IMG/VR virus record: IMGVR_UViG_3300019487_000013
Span: 1-41,441 of that record
Reading direction: 5' to 3' (one strand)
DNA from: a virus
Length of the DNA: 41,441 bases
Part shown: positions 19,347 to 27,325 of the stretch, in pieces
Position numbering within the stretch: position 1 is the first letter of the stretch
How the letters are laid out: each line of letters opens with the position of its first letter
Notes under the pieces: model-generated
What the model saw: only the letters and a program-made list of their open reading frames with translations
What the model was told of the DNA's origin: nothing
Databases searched by the model: none
Translations under genes and position numbers: made by a program

Positions 19347-20266
19347 GAGGCGGGAGAGTGGCCGCGGCCGCGACGGGGACCCTGCTCCTGGCCGCCGTCG
19401 TCTCGAGCCAATCGAGCGACGCGAGCATCCTGTCCAGGATTCGGGGCTGGATCCGGGCCCACGCCGAGAGCACCGCTCATCCCGAGTTCGGGCCCTCCGG
19501 CACCGCCCACTCGAAAGGCATGGTGCCCGACCCGGGGGCCTCGGCGGGAACGACTCGCTACCTTCGGGAGGACCGGACCTGGCAGGTTCCGCCGGGCGGC
19601 GGAGGCGGAGTCTCGGACGGGGACAAGGGCGACGTCGTGGTCAGCGACTCTGGCGCTACCTGGACCGTGGAGGACGACTCCCATGCCCACACGATCGCGA
19701 ACGTAACCGGGCTGCAGACGGCCCTGGATGGGAAGGCCGGGGCGTCGCACCCCCACGCGATCGCCGACACGACGGGACTCCAGTCGGCCCTGGATGGGAA
19801 GTCTTCGACGAGCCACGATCATTCGGGCGTCTACGATCCCGCGGGCACCGCCGCGGCCGCAGTCGCCGGCCACGCTGCCGCAGGCGATCCGCACACGGGC
19901 TATCAGCTCGAGAGTGAGAAGGGCCAGGCGAACGGTTACGCCAGCCTGGACAGCGGGGGGAAGGTGCCGTCGTCCCAGCTCCCCTCGAGCAGCGGCGGCG
20001 CGAACCTCCTCGAGGTGAGCCTGGCCATTTCCGACGCCGGCCTCTACTCCACCACCGTCACCGGCCAGGCCTGGGTCACGGCGACCAGCAAGATCACGTG
20101 CTCCCCCTTCGGCACGACGGCCGACGGCGGCACCGCCGAGCTTGCCGCGATCGCCGGCTTCCAGGCCACGGTGGCGAATCGCGTCAACGGGGCCGGCTTC
20201 GATCTCCTGGTGCTCAGCCCCAACGGGGTGACGGGCACTTTCCGTTTTCACTGTTCGGGGGTGTAA
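19343..20266 (+). CDS. Tail fibre protein
   Basis: 307 aa. YLREDRTWQVPPGGGG..GDKGDVVVSDSGATWTV, two HxH....GLQ.ALDGK repeats and GYASLDSGGKVPSSQLP are all recurrent tail-fibre motifs. Confidence 0.7.
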   Translation: MRGGRVAAAATGTLLLAAVVSSQSSDASILSRIRGWIRAHAESTAHPEFGPSGTAHSKGMVPDPGASAGTTRYLREDRTWQVPPGGGGGVSDGDKGDVVVSDSGATWTVEDDSHAHTIANVTGLQTALDGKAGASHPHAIADTTGLQSALDGKSSTSHDHSGVYDPAGTAAAAVAGHAAAGDPHTGYQLESEKGQANGYASLDSGGKVPSSQLPSSSGGANLLEVSLAISDAGLYSTTVTGQAWVTATSKITCSPFGTTADGGTAELAAIAGFQATVANRVNGAGFDLLVLSPNGVTGTFRFHCSGV

Positions 20267-20269
20267 CCC

Positions 20270-20935
20270 ATGCGCAAGCTCCTTCCTCTCCTTCCTCTCG
20301 GTCTCGTCGCCCTGGTCCTCGCGGGCCCGGCCTTCGGCCAGGGCGTTCCCATCAAGAGCGGGGACAGCTCCGACCTCGCCAAGGTCGACGGGCAGAAGAA
20401 CGTCCGCACGAGCATCGGCCAGAGCACCAGGCCGACCTACATCGTCTCCGCCACCGGGAACACGTGTACGGCCGCGGTCACGCTGTCGATCGAGGCGGGG
20501 GCCTCGACTGGCTTCAAACTCGCGCGTGTGTGCGTCTACGGAGGCCAGGCCACCGCGAGCACGAACCCGGTCGTCACCGTCGCGCGGCGCTCCACGGCCT
20601 CGAGCGGAGGAACAGCCTGCACGGCCGAAGGCACGTCGGCCGGGTGCGCCATCTCGAAGATGGACCCCGCGGACGGAAACTGGCCCGGCGTCGCCCGCGT
20701 GAACGGCACGCCGGGGACGGCCGGCGCAATCCTGGACGCCTGGGGCGTCTACGTGGGCGAGTTGGGGACGGGGGAGAGCGGAGCCCAGGACCCCTTCTGC
20801 AAGGAGTACGGGACGAACGGCGGAAAGCTCCCGGTCGTGGCGAGCGGGACCGCAAACGGGCTCTCGGTCGTCCTCGGCTCCCCTGGAGCGGGTGGTACCG
20901 GCTGCACGATCGCCGCCCACCTGATCGCGGAGTGA
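20270..20935 (+). CDS. Secreted hypothetical protein (signal peptide)
   Basis: N-terminal MRKLLPLLPLGLVALVLAGPAFGQG is a classic Sec signal. The rest is a Gly/Thr/Ala-rich beta-type sequence with 7 Cys. Confidence 0.6.
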   Translation: MRKLLPLLPLGLVALVLAGPAFGQGVPIKSGDSSDLAKVDGQKNVRTSIGQSTRPTYIVSATGNTCTAAVTLSIEAGASTGFKLARVCVYGGQATASTNPVVTVARRSTASSGGTACTAEGTSAGCAISKMDPADGNWPGVARVNGTPGTAGAILDAWGVYVGELGTGESGAQDPFCKEYGTNGGKLPVVASGTANGLSVVLGSPGAGGTGCTIAAHLIAE

Positions 20936-20939
20936 GCCG

Positions 20940-22271
20940 GTGAAGTACCTCGTCGGCGAGTTACTGAACAACCTCTCGCGCCCGAACGTCGTGCTCGCGA
21001 TGACCCCGACCTCCCAGGGGTCCTTCAAGCCCCAGAACCTGGTCGACGGCTTCGTCGAGAAATACGCGAAGTGGAGCCCGGTCACGGGCGGTGGCGGCGA
21101 CGGCGGCGCCGACGATCGCCGGATCCTCACCGCGAACCAGTCGGTCTTGCGGAACGGCGGCTTCGAGCAGGGCCTCGTCGGGTGGGTGAAGACGGGGACG
21201 GTGACCGTCGTCTCCTCGCCCACCCACAGCGGGACGAAGGCGCTCCAGGTGGCGGCCGGCGGCACCAACCGGGCCGTGCAGGATCTCTTCGCGGCGGGCG
21301 GGAAGGGAAAGAAGGGCGGAGGCGGAGCGGGCTACTTCCTCTCTGGAGAGTGGGCGCGGATCCAGGGCTGGCTCCTTGGGAGCGCCGGCGCGACCGCCCA
21401 GGCCTACCTGCAGGACGTCCTCACCGGACGCTTCCTGCAGCCTGGCGGGCTGAGCTGGGGGGCGGAGGCGCCCTTCGCCACGAACGCGGACGCGGCCTAC
21501 GTCGAGGGCGCCGTCTCCTTCCGCTGCGAGCCCTACAGCCTGACCCAGTCCCACCTCACGAAGCTCCGCATCATCCTCAAGGGAGCGGGAAGCGGGAACG
21601 TGGTCTTCGACGACTTCGTGATCTATCCGGGCCTCGACTGGCTCTCGATCCACGGCTTCAACTTCGCCGCGGTGATGGCGCCCCGCCTGTGGGGGAGCCA
21701 TACGGGGGCATTCGCCGGCGAGGAGACGCTTCTCCTGTCGCTCACGCCGCGGCAGCCGGCCTTCTACGGCGTCCTGCCCTCGGTCGTCTTCTACCAGCAC
21801 CTCATGTTCGAGCTGCAGGGCTTCGTCGACCCGGCCTTCCAGCCTGCGATCGGGGAACTCGTGGCCGGCCAGGCCCAGACGCTCCTCGTCGGATCACAGA
21901 TCGGCGCGGGCGTCTCGAACGAGTTCCCCGCTACGGCGAAGGGTGGTGGCAGCGGCAAGAAGGGCGGCTCGGCCCGCAAGACAGCCCTCAAGACCGCGGT
22001 GCAGCCCGTCCGTACACTCACGCTGCCCTTTGTCCACCCGAACACCGCGGCCTACGACCAGCACCGGGAGTGGTTCGTGCTGCGGTGCCGCGGGGAGGGC
22101 GAGGACATCGTTTTCGCCCCCGACAGCATGGACGCCGGCGAGGTGGTCTACGGGGGCCTGGTCGGAGCTCGAGGGCACACGCTCCTCGTGCCCGACCCCG
22201 CGGATGCCTCGCTTCGGGCCCGGCAGGGGGTTGCCCTCAAGATCAAGGAGGACCCGTTCCCGCGGTTCTGA
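20940..22271 (+). CDS. Hypothetical protein with CBM-like (carbohydrate-binding jelly-roll) segment
   Basis: 443 aa with a GTG start. NGGFEQGLVGWVKTGTVTVVSSPTHSGTKALQV is the usual opening of CBM4/9-type modules. There are two Gly/Lys-rich insertions (GGKGKKGGGGAG and KGGGSGKKGGSARK). Confidence 0.5.
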   Translation: MKYLVGELLNNLSRPNVVLAMTPTSQGSFKPQNLVDGFVEKYAKWSPVTGGGGDGGADDRRILTANQSVLRNGGFEQGLVGWVKTGTVTVVSSPTHSGTKALQVAAGGTNRAVQDLFAAGGKGKKGGGGAGYFLSGEWARIQGWLLGSAGATAQAYLQDVLTGRFLQPGGLSWGAEAPFATNADAAYVEGAVSFRCEPYSLTQSHLTKLRIILKGAGSGNVVFDDFVIYPGLDWLSIHGFNFAAVMAPRLWGSHTGAFAGEETLLLSLTPRQPAFYGVLPSVVFYQHLMFELQGFVDPAFQPAIGELVAGQAQTLLVGSQIGAGVSNEFPATAKGGGSGKKGGSARKTALKTAVQPVRTLTLPFVHPNTAAYDQHREWFVLRCRGEGEDIVFAPDSMDAGEVVYGGLVGARGHTLLVPDPADASLRARQGVALKIKEDPFPRF

Positions 22272-22289
22272 GGGCGGACCCCGGCCCGG

Positions 22290-22312
22290 GTGTCCCCCCC
22301 GGCCATCCCCCG
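22290..22312. repeat. 23-bp direct repeat copy 1 (GTGTCCCCCCCGGCCATCCCCCG)
   Basis: Identical to 22525-22547. It lies on the tail-module side of the tRNA-like attP core. Confidence 0.9.
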
Positions 22313-22348
22313 AGCCTTTCCCTGAAGCCCTAAACGTCGTGTAAGTGG

Positions 22349-22393
22349 TGGTCGGGGCGCTGGGATTTGAACCCAGGACCTCCTGCTCCCAAA
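22349..22393 (-). other. attP core candidate: 3' 45 nt of a tRNA-Pro(UGG) gene (partial, not a functional tRNA)
   Basis: The reverse complement reads TTTGGGA (anticodon loop, UGG with G37), GCAGG, AGGTC, CTGGG-TTCAAAT-CCCAG (T arm), then CGCCCCG-A-CCA. Upstream sequence cannot pair as the anticodon-stem or acceptor 5' strands. Confidence 0.7.
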
Positions 22394-22466
22394 ACTTCCC
22401 GGGGCAGTTACGCCGCGCTCCGGGGCCATCCGCCAGAAGGCCACAACGCCCAATCAGGGCAGCGAG

Positions 22467-23834
22467 TTAGGCCTCGTTCGCGTCGGAAGTCGTGTCGCCC
22501 TCGACGGGTGCGCTCCGCCCTCGCGTGTCCCCCCCGGCCATCCCCCGGCGAGAACGGGTCCCCATCGCAAGGAGCTTCCCGCGGCCACCGGTGCGGAGCT
22601 GGACGAGCCACGACGCCCAGGCCTTGAGCGCGGCGCGCCTCTCGCTGAGCAGCTCCGCTCGGTTGTAGACGCCGGCGATGCCCTGGCGCACGTGGCCGAG
22701 GATGAGCTCCGCGACGTCGTCGGAGACGCTCAGCTGCTCGCGGAGGTGGGTGCGCATCGTGTGCCGTAGGTTATGGATCGTCCATGTCGGGACGGGTGCG
22801 CCGTGGAGCTGCTCCGTGCGATCGCGAAGCAGCTCCACAAACGCCGAGCGCCAGGCGAGCGGCCGCCGGCCGTCTTCGGTGTTCGGGAAGACGAGGCCGT
22901 CACCGTGGAGCTCGAGGCGGCGGCGGATGATGGCGATCGCCGGCTTGACAAGTGGCACCTGGTGGGCGCGCCGGTTCTTCGATCGGCCGTGGTATCCCCC
23001 GGGCACGGTCCACAGGGCCCGCCTCTCGTCGCCCAGGTCCTCGAGCTCCTCGCTGCGCATCCCCGTGACCATCCGGAGCCGGACGCCGGTGTAGAGGAGA
23101 AGCCATACGACGTCGGCGCCCTCGTCGTTCGTCGTGGCCAGTGCGGCCATGAGGGCCACGAGCTCCTTGGGAGAGAGCACGCGGTCCGAGGGCTCCTCAT
23201 GGGCGGGGCGCTCGATGCCGACGCACGGGGATCCCCGCACCAGGTCCCGGCCGACGGCCCAAGTGTAGACGGCCCGGAGGAGCTGCAGCGTCCGGTTGGC
23301 CATCACCGGGGCCTCGATCGCGATCCCCTCGACGAGGCGCCGGACATCTGCGCGCGTCACCTCGGAGGCAGCGATGCTCCCCAGCTTGGGGTAGACCCGG
23401 TGGCCGAGGATTCCCGTCCAGAGGGCCAGCGTGGAGGGCCGCACGCGCTCCTTCGCCTTCGTGAGAAAGGCGTCGCCGAGGCCCTTGACGCTCGAGGCCT
23501 GACGCGCCGCTACCTTCTCGGCCTGGGGATCCTCGCCGAGGGTCGCGCGCGCGAGGATCCTCTTCGCCTGGGCCCGGGCCTTCGCGAGCGGTACCTTCAG
23601 GGCGGCGCCGATGGTGAAACGGCGATGCCGGCGGCCGCGGTAGTACGCGACGGCGTAGCTGCGATGGCCGGCCGCGGTGACGCGCAGCTCGAGGCCCGGC
23701 TGCAGGGTGTCGCGGTAGTCGGTGCGGAGGCCCCCAACGGCCGGGAGGGTGCGGACGTTGGGGGCGGTGAGCAGGACGGTTGGCACCTTACCGGTTCCCG
23801 CCAGGGTCCTACTTCCGGACCGCCGCCGCCCCAC
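22467..23834 (-). CDS. int: Tyrosine recombinase / phage integrase (P4-type with N-terminal arm-binding domain)
   Basis: N-terminal LRTDYRDTLQPGLELRVTAAGHRSYAVAYYRGRRHRRFTIG is DUF4102-like. The catalytic region contains LLLYTGVRLRMVTGMR, HNLRHT, LGH and GVYNRAE (Tyr). An alternative GTG start at 23786 would remove the overlap with the next gene. Confidence 0.9.
   Translation of the reverse strand: MGRRRSGSRTLAGTGKVPTVLLTAPNVRTLPAVGGLRTDYRDTLQPGLELRVTAAGHRSYAVAYYRGRRHRRFTIGAALKVPLAKARAQAKRILARATLGEDPQAEKVAARQASSVKGLGDAFLTKAKERVRPSTLALWTGILGHRVYPKLGSIAASEVTRADVRRLVEGIAIEAPVMANRTLQLLRAVYTWAVGRDLVRGSPCVGIERPAHEEPSDRVLSPKELVALMAALATTNDEGADVVWLLLYTGVRLRMVTGMRSEELEDLGDERRALWTVPGGYHGRSKNRRAHQVPLVKPAIAIIRRRLELHGDGLVFPNTEDGRRPLAWRSAFVELLRDRTEQLHGAPVPTWTIHNLRHTMRTHLREQLSVSDDVAELILGHVRQGIAGVYNRAELLSERRAALKAWASWLVQLRTGGRGKLLAMGTRSRRGMAGGDTRGRSAPVEGDTTSDANEA
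22525..22547. repeat. 23-bp direct repeat copy 2
   Basis: Identical to 22290-22312. It lies within the 3' end of int. Confidence 0.9.
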
Positions 23835-24288
23835 CCATCTGCTTCTGGGCCTCTTCGTCCTGGTAGACGATCGCCTTCCCGGTTCGCGCCTTGAGCACGG
23901 CGAGCACCTGCCGGATGTCGTCCTTGTCGAACTCCAGCACGGCCGTCTGGTCCACGGCGGTCGCGTCTTTCCAGGTCAGCGTCACGTAGTGCTTCCGCGA
24001 TTTGCCGAACAGGGCGAGAGGTGAGAGGAAGATCGCGGTCTTCACGCGTCGGCCCGCCTTCTGGCCATACTCCACTTCCTCGATCGATGTCCAGGGGATG
24101 ATGATCGGGGAGCCTTCCTTTGGCTTCGGCGTGAGCACGACCGTATCCGGCAGTTGGGTGTTCGCGGCCAGTTCCGTCTTGGCCTTGAGCTGCAGCGTCC
24201 CTCCCATGTAGGCGGCCTTGCCCTTGTCGACGGCCAGGGCGGGAGCGACGAACGCGACCAGGATTGCGCCGGCGAGGAGCTTCTTCAT
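23809..24288 (-). CDS. Secreted hypothetical protein (lysogeny-module moron)
   Basis: GGAGG lies 7 nt upstream of the ATG at 24288. The signal peptide MKKLLAGAILVAFVAPALA is followed by a roughly 140-aa domain. The gene sits between int and the repressor-like gene. Confidence 0.6.
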   Translation of the reverse strand: MKKLLAGAILVAFVAPALAVDKGKAAYMGGTLQLKAKTELAANTQLPDTVVLTPKPKEGSPIIIPWTSIEEVEYGQKAGRRVKTAIFLSPLALFGKSRKHYVTLTWKDATAVDQTAVLEFDKDDIRQVLAVLKARTGKAIVYQDEEAQKQMGGAAAVRK

Positions 24289-24491
24289 CTTCAACCTCCA
24301 CAATTGCCCGCGTGGGTGTGCACTTCGCGTGCCGTCTTGGGGCATCGCGATGACGCTACGCTTAACGCCACACAATCAAGCACTTGGTCATCCCACAAGG
24401 CGAGCCTTACGAGGGTACGCCTGAACGCGAAGCGACCAGGCTCGTCGCACTGTCGGACAGGAACCGTCAGCATTCTGGACATCTAAAGCCG

Positions 24492-24511
24492 GCCGCGGCC
24501 CTCCCCGCGGC
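24492..24511 (-). terminator. GC-rich hairpin downstream of the repressor-like gene
   Basis: GCCGCGG-N6-CCGCGGC. On the - strand it is followed by only a short T run (GGCTTTAG). An overlapping alternative stem is CCCTCCC/GGGAGGG. Confidence 0.3.
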
Positions 24512-24539
24512 AGCGTGGGAGGGGTCGGCAATGACGAAC

Positions 24540-24803
24540 CTACTCAGGCTGCTGGAGCGCAGCCACGACGCGACGGAGCTCCTTGAGCGACATCTCTGGG
24601 ATTGTGCTTCCCTTCAGCCACCGCTGAACCGTGCGCTGACTCACTCCCATCTTGGTAGCGAGGGTCGCAGTCTTGCCGCCGCATAGGCGTACGGCACGTT
24701 TAACCTCAGCCAGCTGCTCTTTCAGGCGCAAGCGTGGGCGACCTCCTGTCGCGAGAGTATGCGACGCGGTGTCGCCCCTGTCAAGGCCATCCGCTGTTGA
24801 CAT
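24540..24803 (-). CDS. Small HTH DNA-binding protein, repressor-like
   Basis: 87 aa. KTATLATKMGVSQRTVQRWLKG is a helix-turn-helix. The gene is divergent from the rightward early operon, and its ATG overlaps the -35 of the rightward promoter. Confidence 0.55.
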   Translation of the reverse strand: MSTADGLDRGDTASHTLATGGRPRLRLKEQLAEVKRAVRLCGGKTATLATKMGVSQRTVQRWLKGSTIPEMSLKELRRVVAALQQPE

Positions 24804-24839
24804 GGCGACACCGTGTCGCTATATTGTCGCGTAGCGACA
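24748..24839. promoter_or_regulatory. Operator cluster: four GCGAC/GTCGC inverted repeats
   Basis: The four sites are 24748-24765 GTCGC-N8-GCGAC, 24761-24775 GCGAC-N5-GTCGC, 24805-24819 GCGACAC-C-GTGTCGC and 24825-24839 TGTCGC-GTA-GCGACA. Confidence 0.6.
24797..24825 (+). promoter_or_regulatory. Rightward early promoter (sigma70-type)
   Basis: TTGACA (24797-24802), an exact 17-nt spacer, then TATATT (24820-24825). The spacer is filled by the 15-bp palindrome. The ATG of the first rightward gene is at 24842. Confidence 0.65.
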
Positions 24840-24841
24840 CC

Positions 24842-25303
24842 ATGACGCCACTGAAAGGCAAGCGACTCACCGACGAGATGCTGCGTGCAGCGTTGCAGCA
24901 ACACGAATGGAACGTGCAGCGGACAGCAGAGGCGCTATCAATAGATAGAGCAACAATTTATCGCCGCCTTGGCAGTGGCAACGCAGCACTGCTGCGTGCT
25001 GCTGCTGGTGATGTTGGCGCTGCGTCCGATGAGGCCAATGAGTGTGCCCGAGATGCATCATTGACGGGCGATAGGCAGGCGCGTACATTGCCCGCCGTGG
25101 TGGCCACTGGCACTGATTCACGCGAAGAGGGCGGACCCCGCCGGCTCTGGCGCGTTGCTCTAGACATGCCCAAGGCGAAGAGGAAGTGGGTGAAACACCG
25201 CGTGGTCGAGATTGGCGGCTCCCTTAGCGACGTCTTCAACGAGCTCGTCGATCTCGCGATCGCGCGCGATCGCGACCAAGCCGGTCGCGGGGAGTCGTCG
25301 TGA
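24842..25303 (+). CDS. DNA-binding regulator, Fis-type HTH (Cro-position gene)
   Basis: LRAALQQHEWNVQRTAEALSIDRATIYRRLG is an HTH_8 (Fis/NtrC C-terminal) signature. The C-terminal LDMPKAKRKWVKHRVVEIGGSLSDVFNELVDLAI looks ribbon-helix-helix-like. Confidence 0.55.
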   Translation: MTPLKGKRLTDEMLRAALQQHEWNVQRTAEALSIDRATIYRRLGSGNAALLRAAAGDVGAASDEANECARDASLTGDRQARTLPAVVATGTDSREEGGPRRLWRVALDMPKAKRKWVKHRVVEIGGSLSDVFNELVDLAIARDRDQAGRGESS

Positions 25304-25614
25304 CGCTCCCTCCATGGGCCGAGCACCGGACCTACCTCACGGCCGCCCAGGTGGCGCTGATCCTGGGTTTCGTGGGAGCGGCGGGGCAGTTCGACGAAGA
25401 GGTCGCGCGCCTCTACGTCCGGCGCCACGGCCTCAAGGACCTCAAGCGGCTGATGGCACGCGAGCCGAAGTTCCCACGCCCGCATCACCCTCACGGAGAC
25501 GAGGGGCGCCCCTACTGGCTCACGCGTGAGATCGCATCTTGGGTGGACAAACAAGGGCGGTGGAGCCCGCCCGCAAAGCCCTCGGCCCTGGAGGCCGAGA
25601 GGAGGACGTCTTGA
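25300..25614 (+). CDS. Excisionase/AlpA-like HTH protein
   Basis: YLTAAQVALILG ... KFPRP ... RPYWLTREIASWV fits the AlpA/Xis (HTH_17) pattern. It has a GTGA overlap with the previous gene. Confidence 0.5.
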   Translation: MTLPPWAEHRTYLTAAQVALILGFVGAAGQFDEEVARLYVRRHGLKDLKRLMAREPKFPRPHHPHGDEGRPYWLTREIASWVDKQGRWSPPAKPSALEAERRTS

Positions 25615-25820
25615 AGCCTGAGCTGATCTGCGAGTGCTTCGTGTGCCGGGCCCGGATGTGGGCCTCTCTCGCTGCGGCGTTCGCGGCCGTGGCGATCGCC
25701 GACGCTGACTTCGGCCGGGAGGACGCGGCCGCCGCCAGCATGCGGAAGGCCGCGAGCTACGCCCACCTCGCGCAGCGTGAAGGCTGGCGCCCCGAGTTCG
25801 ACTTCGAGGCGGCGGCATGA
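25611..25820 (+). CDS. Hypothetical protein
   Basis: 69 aa. The TTG start overlaps the previous stop, with GAGAGGAGGA upstream. Confidence 0.35.
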   Translation: MKPELICECFVCRARMWASLAAAFAAVAIADADFGREDAAAASMRKAASYAHLAQREGWRPEFDFEAAA

Positions 25821-26104
25821 AGGGAGTGCGCATGAGAAGGATCAACCTCGTCGAGTCCAACGTCTACGGCCGCGGGCCCAGCCTGACGCGCCGTCTGCGC
25901 ACGCGGGGACCCTGGAGAACCGAGCTGATCTCCGTCTCGTTCTCGCGCGCTCATCCCGGCAAGGTTGTGGTTGGCATGTGGCAGGGCCCCGGGAAGCCCT
26001 GGCGATACGTCTACGTCGATAGGGAGCCAGGGAGCGGACTCCCTCCCGCCGGCCGGCTCCCCGGGTACACGCGGAATCGCTGGGGCCGTGAGGTGCGTGC
26101 ATGA
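25817..26104 (+). CDS. Hypothetical protein
   Basis: 95 aa with ATGA overlap. Confidence 0.4.
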   Translation: MKGVRMRRINLVESNVYGRGPSLTRRLRTRGPWRTELISVSFSRAHPGKVVVGMWQGPGKPWRYVYVDREPGSGLPPAGRLPGYTRNRWGREVRA

Positions 26105-26156
26105 GCCTCTCCATGAAGCGGCGCGCGCACTTCGGCGATGTCCCGAGGCGCAACGC

Positions 26157-26351
26157 ATGAGGCTCTGGCCTTGGAGGACGAGAGCTGAGCGGCGCCTGGA
26201 GGCCGAGGGACGTGCCCTCGAAGCCGTCCTTCGGACCGTCGTGGACATCGCCTGCGCGGCGCTCTCCGCTGCGGCTGATATCGAGGTTGCCCGGGCGGCC
26301 GCGGCCTCGCCGCCTCCCTCAAGAGATCCGTCAAAGGCGGCTCACGATTGA
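26157..26351 (+). CDS. Hypothetical protein
   Basis: 64 aa from an internal ATG. Weak support. Confidence 0.3.
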   Translation: MRLWPWRTRAERRLEAEGRALEAVLRTVVDIACAALSAAADIEVARAAAASPPPSRDPSKAAHD

Positions 26352-26365
26352 AGGAGGAGAAGACG

Positions 26366-26659
26366 ATGCCGCTCGAGCTCGTGGAGGTGCCGCGGCACCG
26401 CTTGGAGGACGTCCTCCAACACCTGAACCTCGCCTCAGGGAAGCAACTAGCCGAGGACGTGGCCGCCCTCGAAAAGGTGGGGGAGATGATGGCCCTGGCC
26501 TACCAGTCCAGGGAGGCTCAGACGATCGACGGCCTCCTGACCTTGCGGTCGACGGTCGCGGCCAGGGCCTCGATGCCCGCGGGCCAGGTCGTGGGTGCGT
26601 CTGGCGAGCTGCAGCTCATCGACGAGCTACTCCGGCGTCTCCAGGAGGGCGGGGCGTGA
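26366..26659 (+). CDS. Hypothetical protein
   Basis: 97 aa. AAGGAGGAG at 26351-26359 lies 6 nt upstream of the ATG. Confidence 0.55.
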   Translation: MPLELVEVPRHRLEDVLQHLNLASGKQLAEDVAALEKVGEMMALAYQSREAQTIDGLLTLRSTVAARASMPAGQVVGASGELQLIDELLRRLQEGGA

Positions 26660-26943
26660 GGGCCGACGTGGCGCAGGATCTCCGCGAGGCCCGCCGCCGG
26701 ACCGTCCTTCATCGCGAGTCGCGCGAGGAGCAGCGGCGCCTGCGGCAGCTCGAGGATGCGCTGGGCCACGAGTTCACGGCCGAGGAGGAGGCACTGCTCA
26801 CACGCGATCTCGAGGACGAGGAGCACGCGGAGGCGCAGCCCACGGGTGCCGTCCTCGTCTGGCTGGGGCTGGTGCTCTCGGTGGCAGCCGCTGCCGTCCT
26901 GTTTCGGTGGGGCCTGCCGCTGCTGCAAGGGCTGGCCCGGTGA
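26656..26943 (+). CDS. Hypothetical membrane-anchored protein
   Basis: 95 aa with GTGA overlap. It has a charged helical N-terminus and a C-terminal TM (GAVLVWLGLVLSVAAAAVLF). Confidence 0.45.
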   Translation: MRADVAQDLREARRRTVLHRESREEQRRLRQLEDALGHEFTAEEEALLTRDLEDEEHAEAQPTGAVLVWLGLVLSVAAAAVLFRWGLPLLQGLAR

Positions 26944-27043
26944 CGGGTCCCCGCGGTTGCCCTGAAACCTTTGGAGGAGTGACGCTCGCGAAGATCGCCA
27001 GCGTCGGCGCCATGGGCTACGTCCTCCTCCGCCTGGTGCGCCG

Positions 27044-27325
27044 ATGATCGCCCGCTGGTGGAGCCAGAGCGCGGAGGAGCGCCAGGAGATCGCGGAGCTC
27101 CGGCGTCGGGCCTCGACGGAGCTCACGCCCGCCCAGCGCGAGCTCGTGCGCGCCGGCCTGGCCGCGATCCATCAGGGCATCGAGGGCGAGCGCTTCATGC
27201 GTCACGCCGCCTGGGAAGCGAAGTGGGGGCGCATCTTCGAGGCTCGGCGCGCCGCCCTGAAGGCCCAGGAGGTGGAGGCGGCCGCGGGACTCCGGCGCGA
27301 GCTCAAGGTCGTCGAGGGCCGATGA
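27044..27325 (+). CDS. Hypothetical protein
   Basis: 93 aa and helical, with ATGA overlaps at both ends. Confidence 0.45.
   Translation: MIARWWSQSAEERQEIAELRRRASTELTPAQRELVRAGLAAIHQGIEGERFMRHAAWEAKWGRIFEARRAALKAQEVEAAAGLRRELKVVEGR

Noticed and set aside
19343-20266. A diversity-generating retroelement targeting the tail fibre.
   Set aside because: No reverse transcriptase ORF exists anywhere in the window, and I saw no template/variable repeat pair. The HxH...GLQ.ALDGK repeats are ordinary fibre repeats.
22346-22430. A complete tRNA gene on the - strand.
   Set aside because: Only the anticodon loop, the anticodon-stem 3' strand, the variable loop, the T arm and the acceptor 3' strand are present. 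The required CGGGGCG acceptor 5' strand, the D arm and the anticodon-stem 5' strand are absent. It is an att fragment, not a gene.
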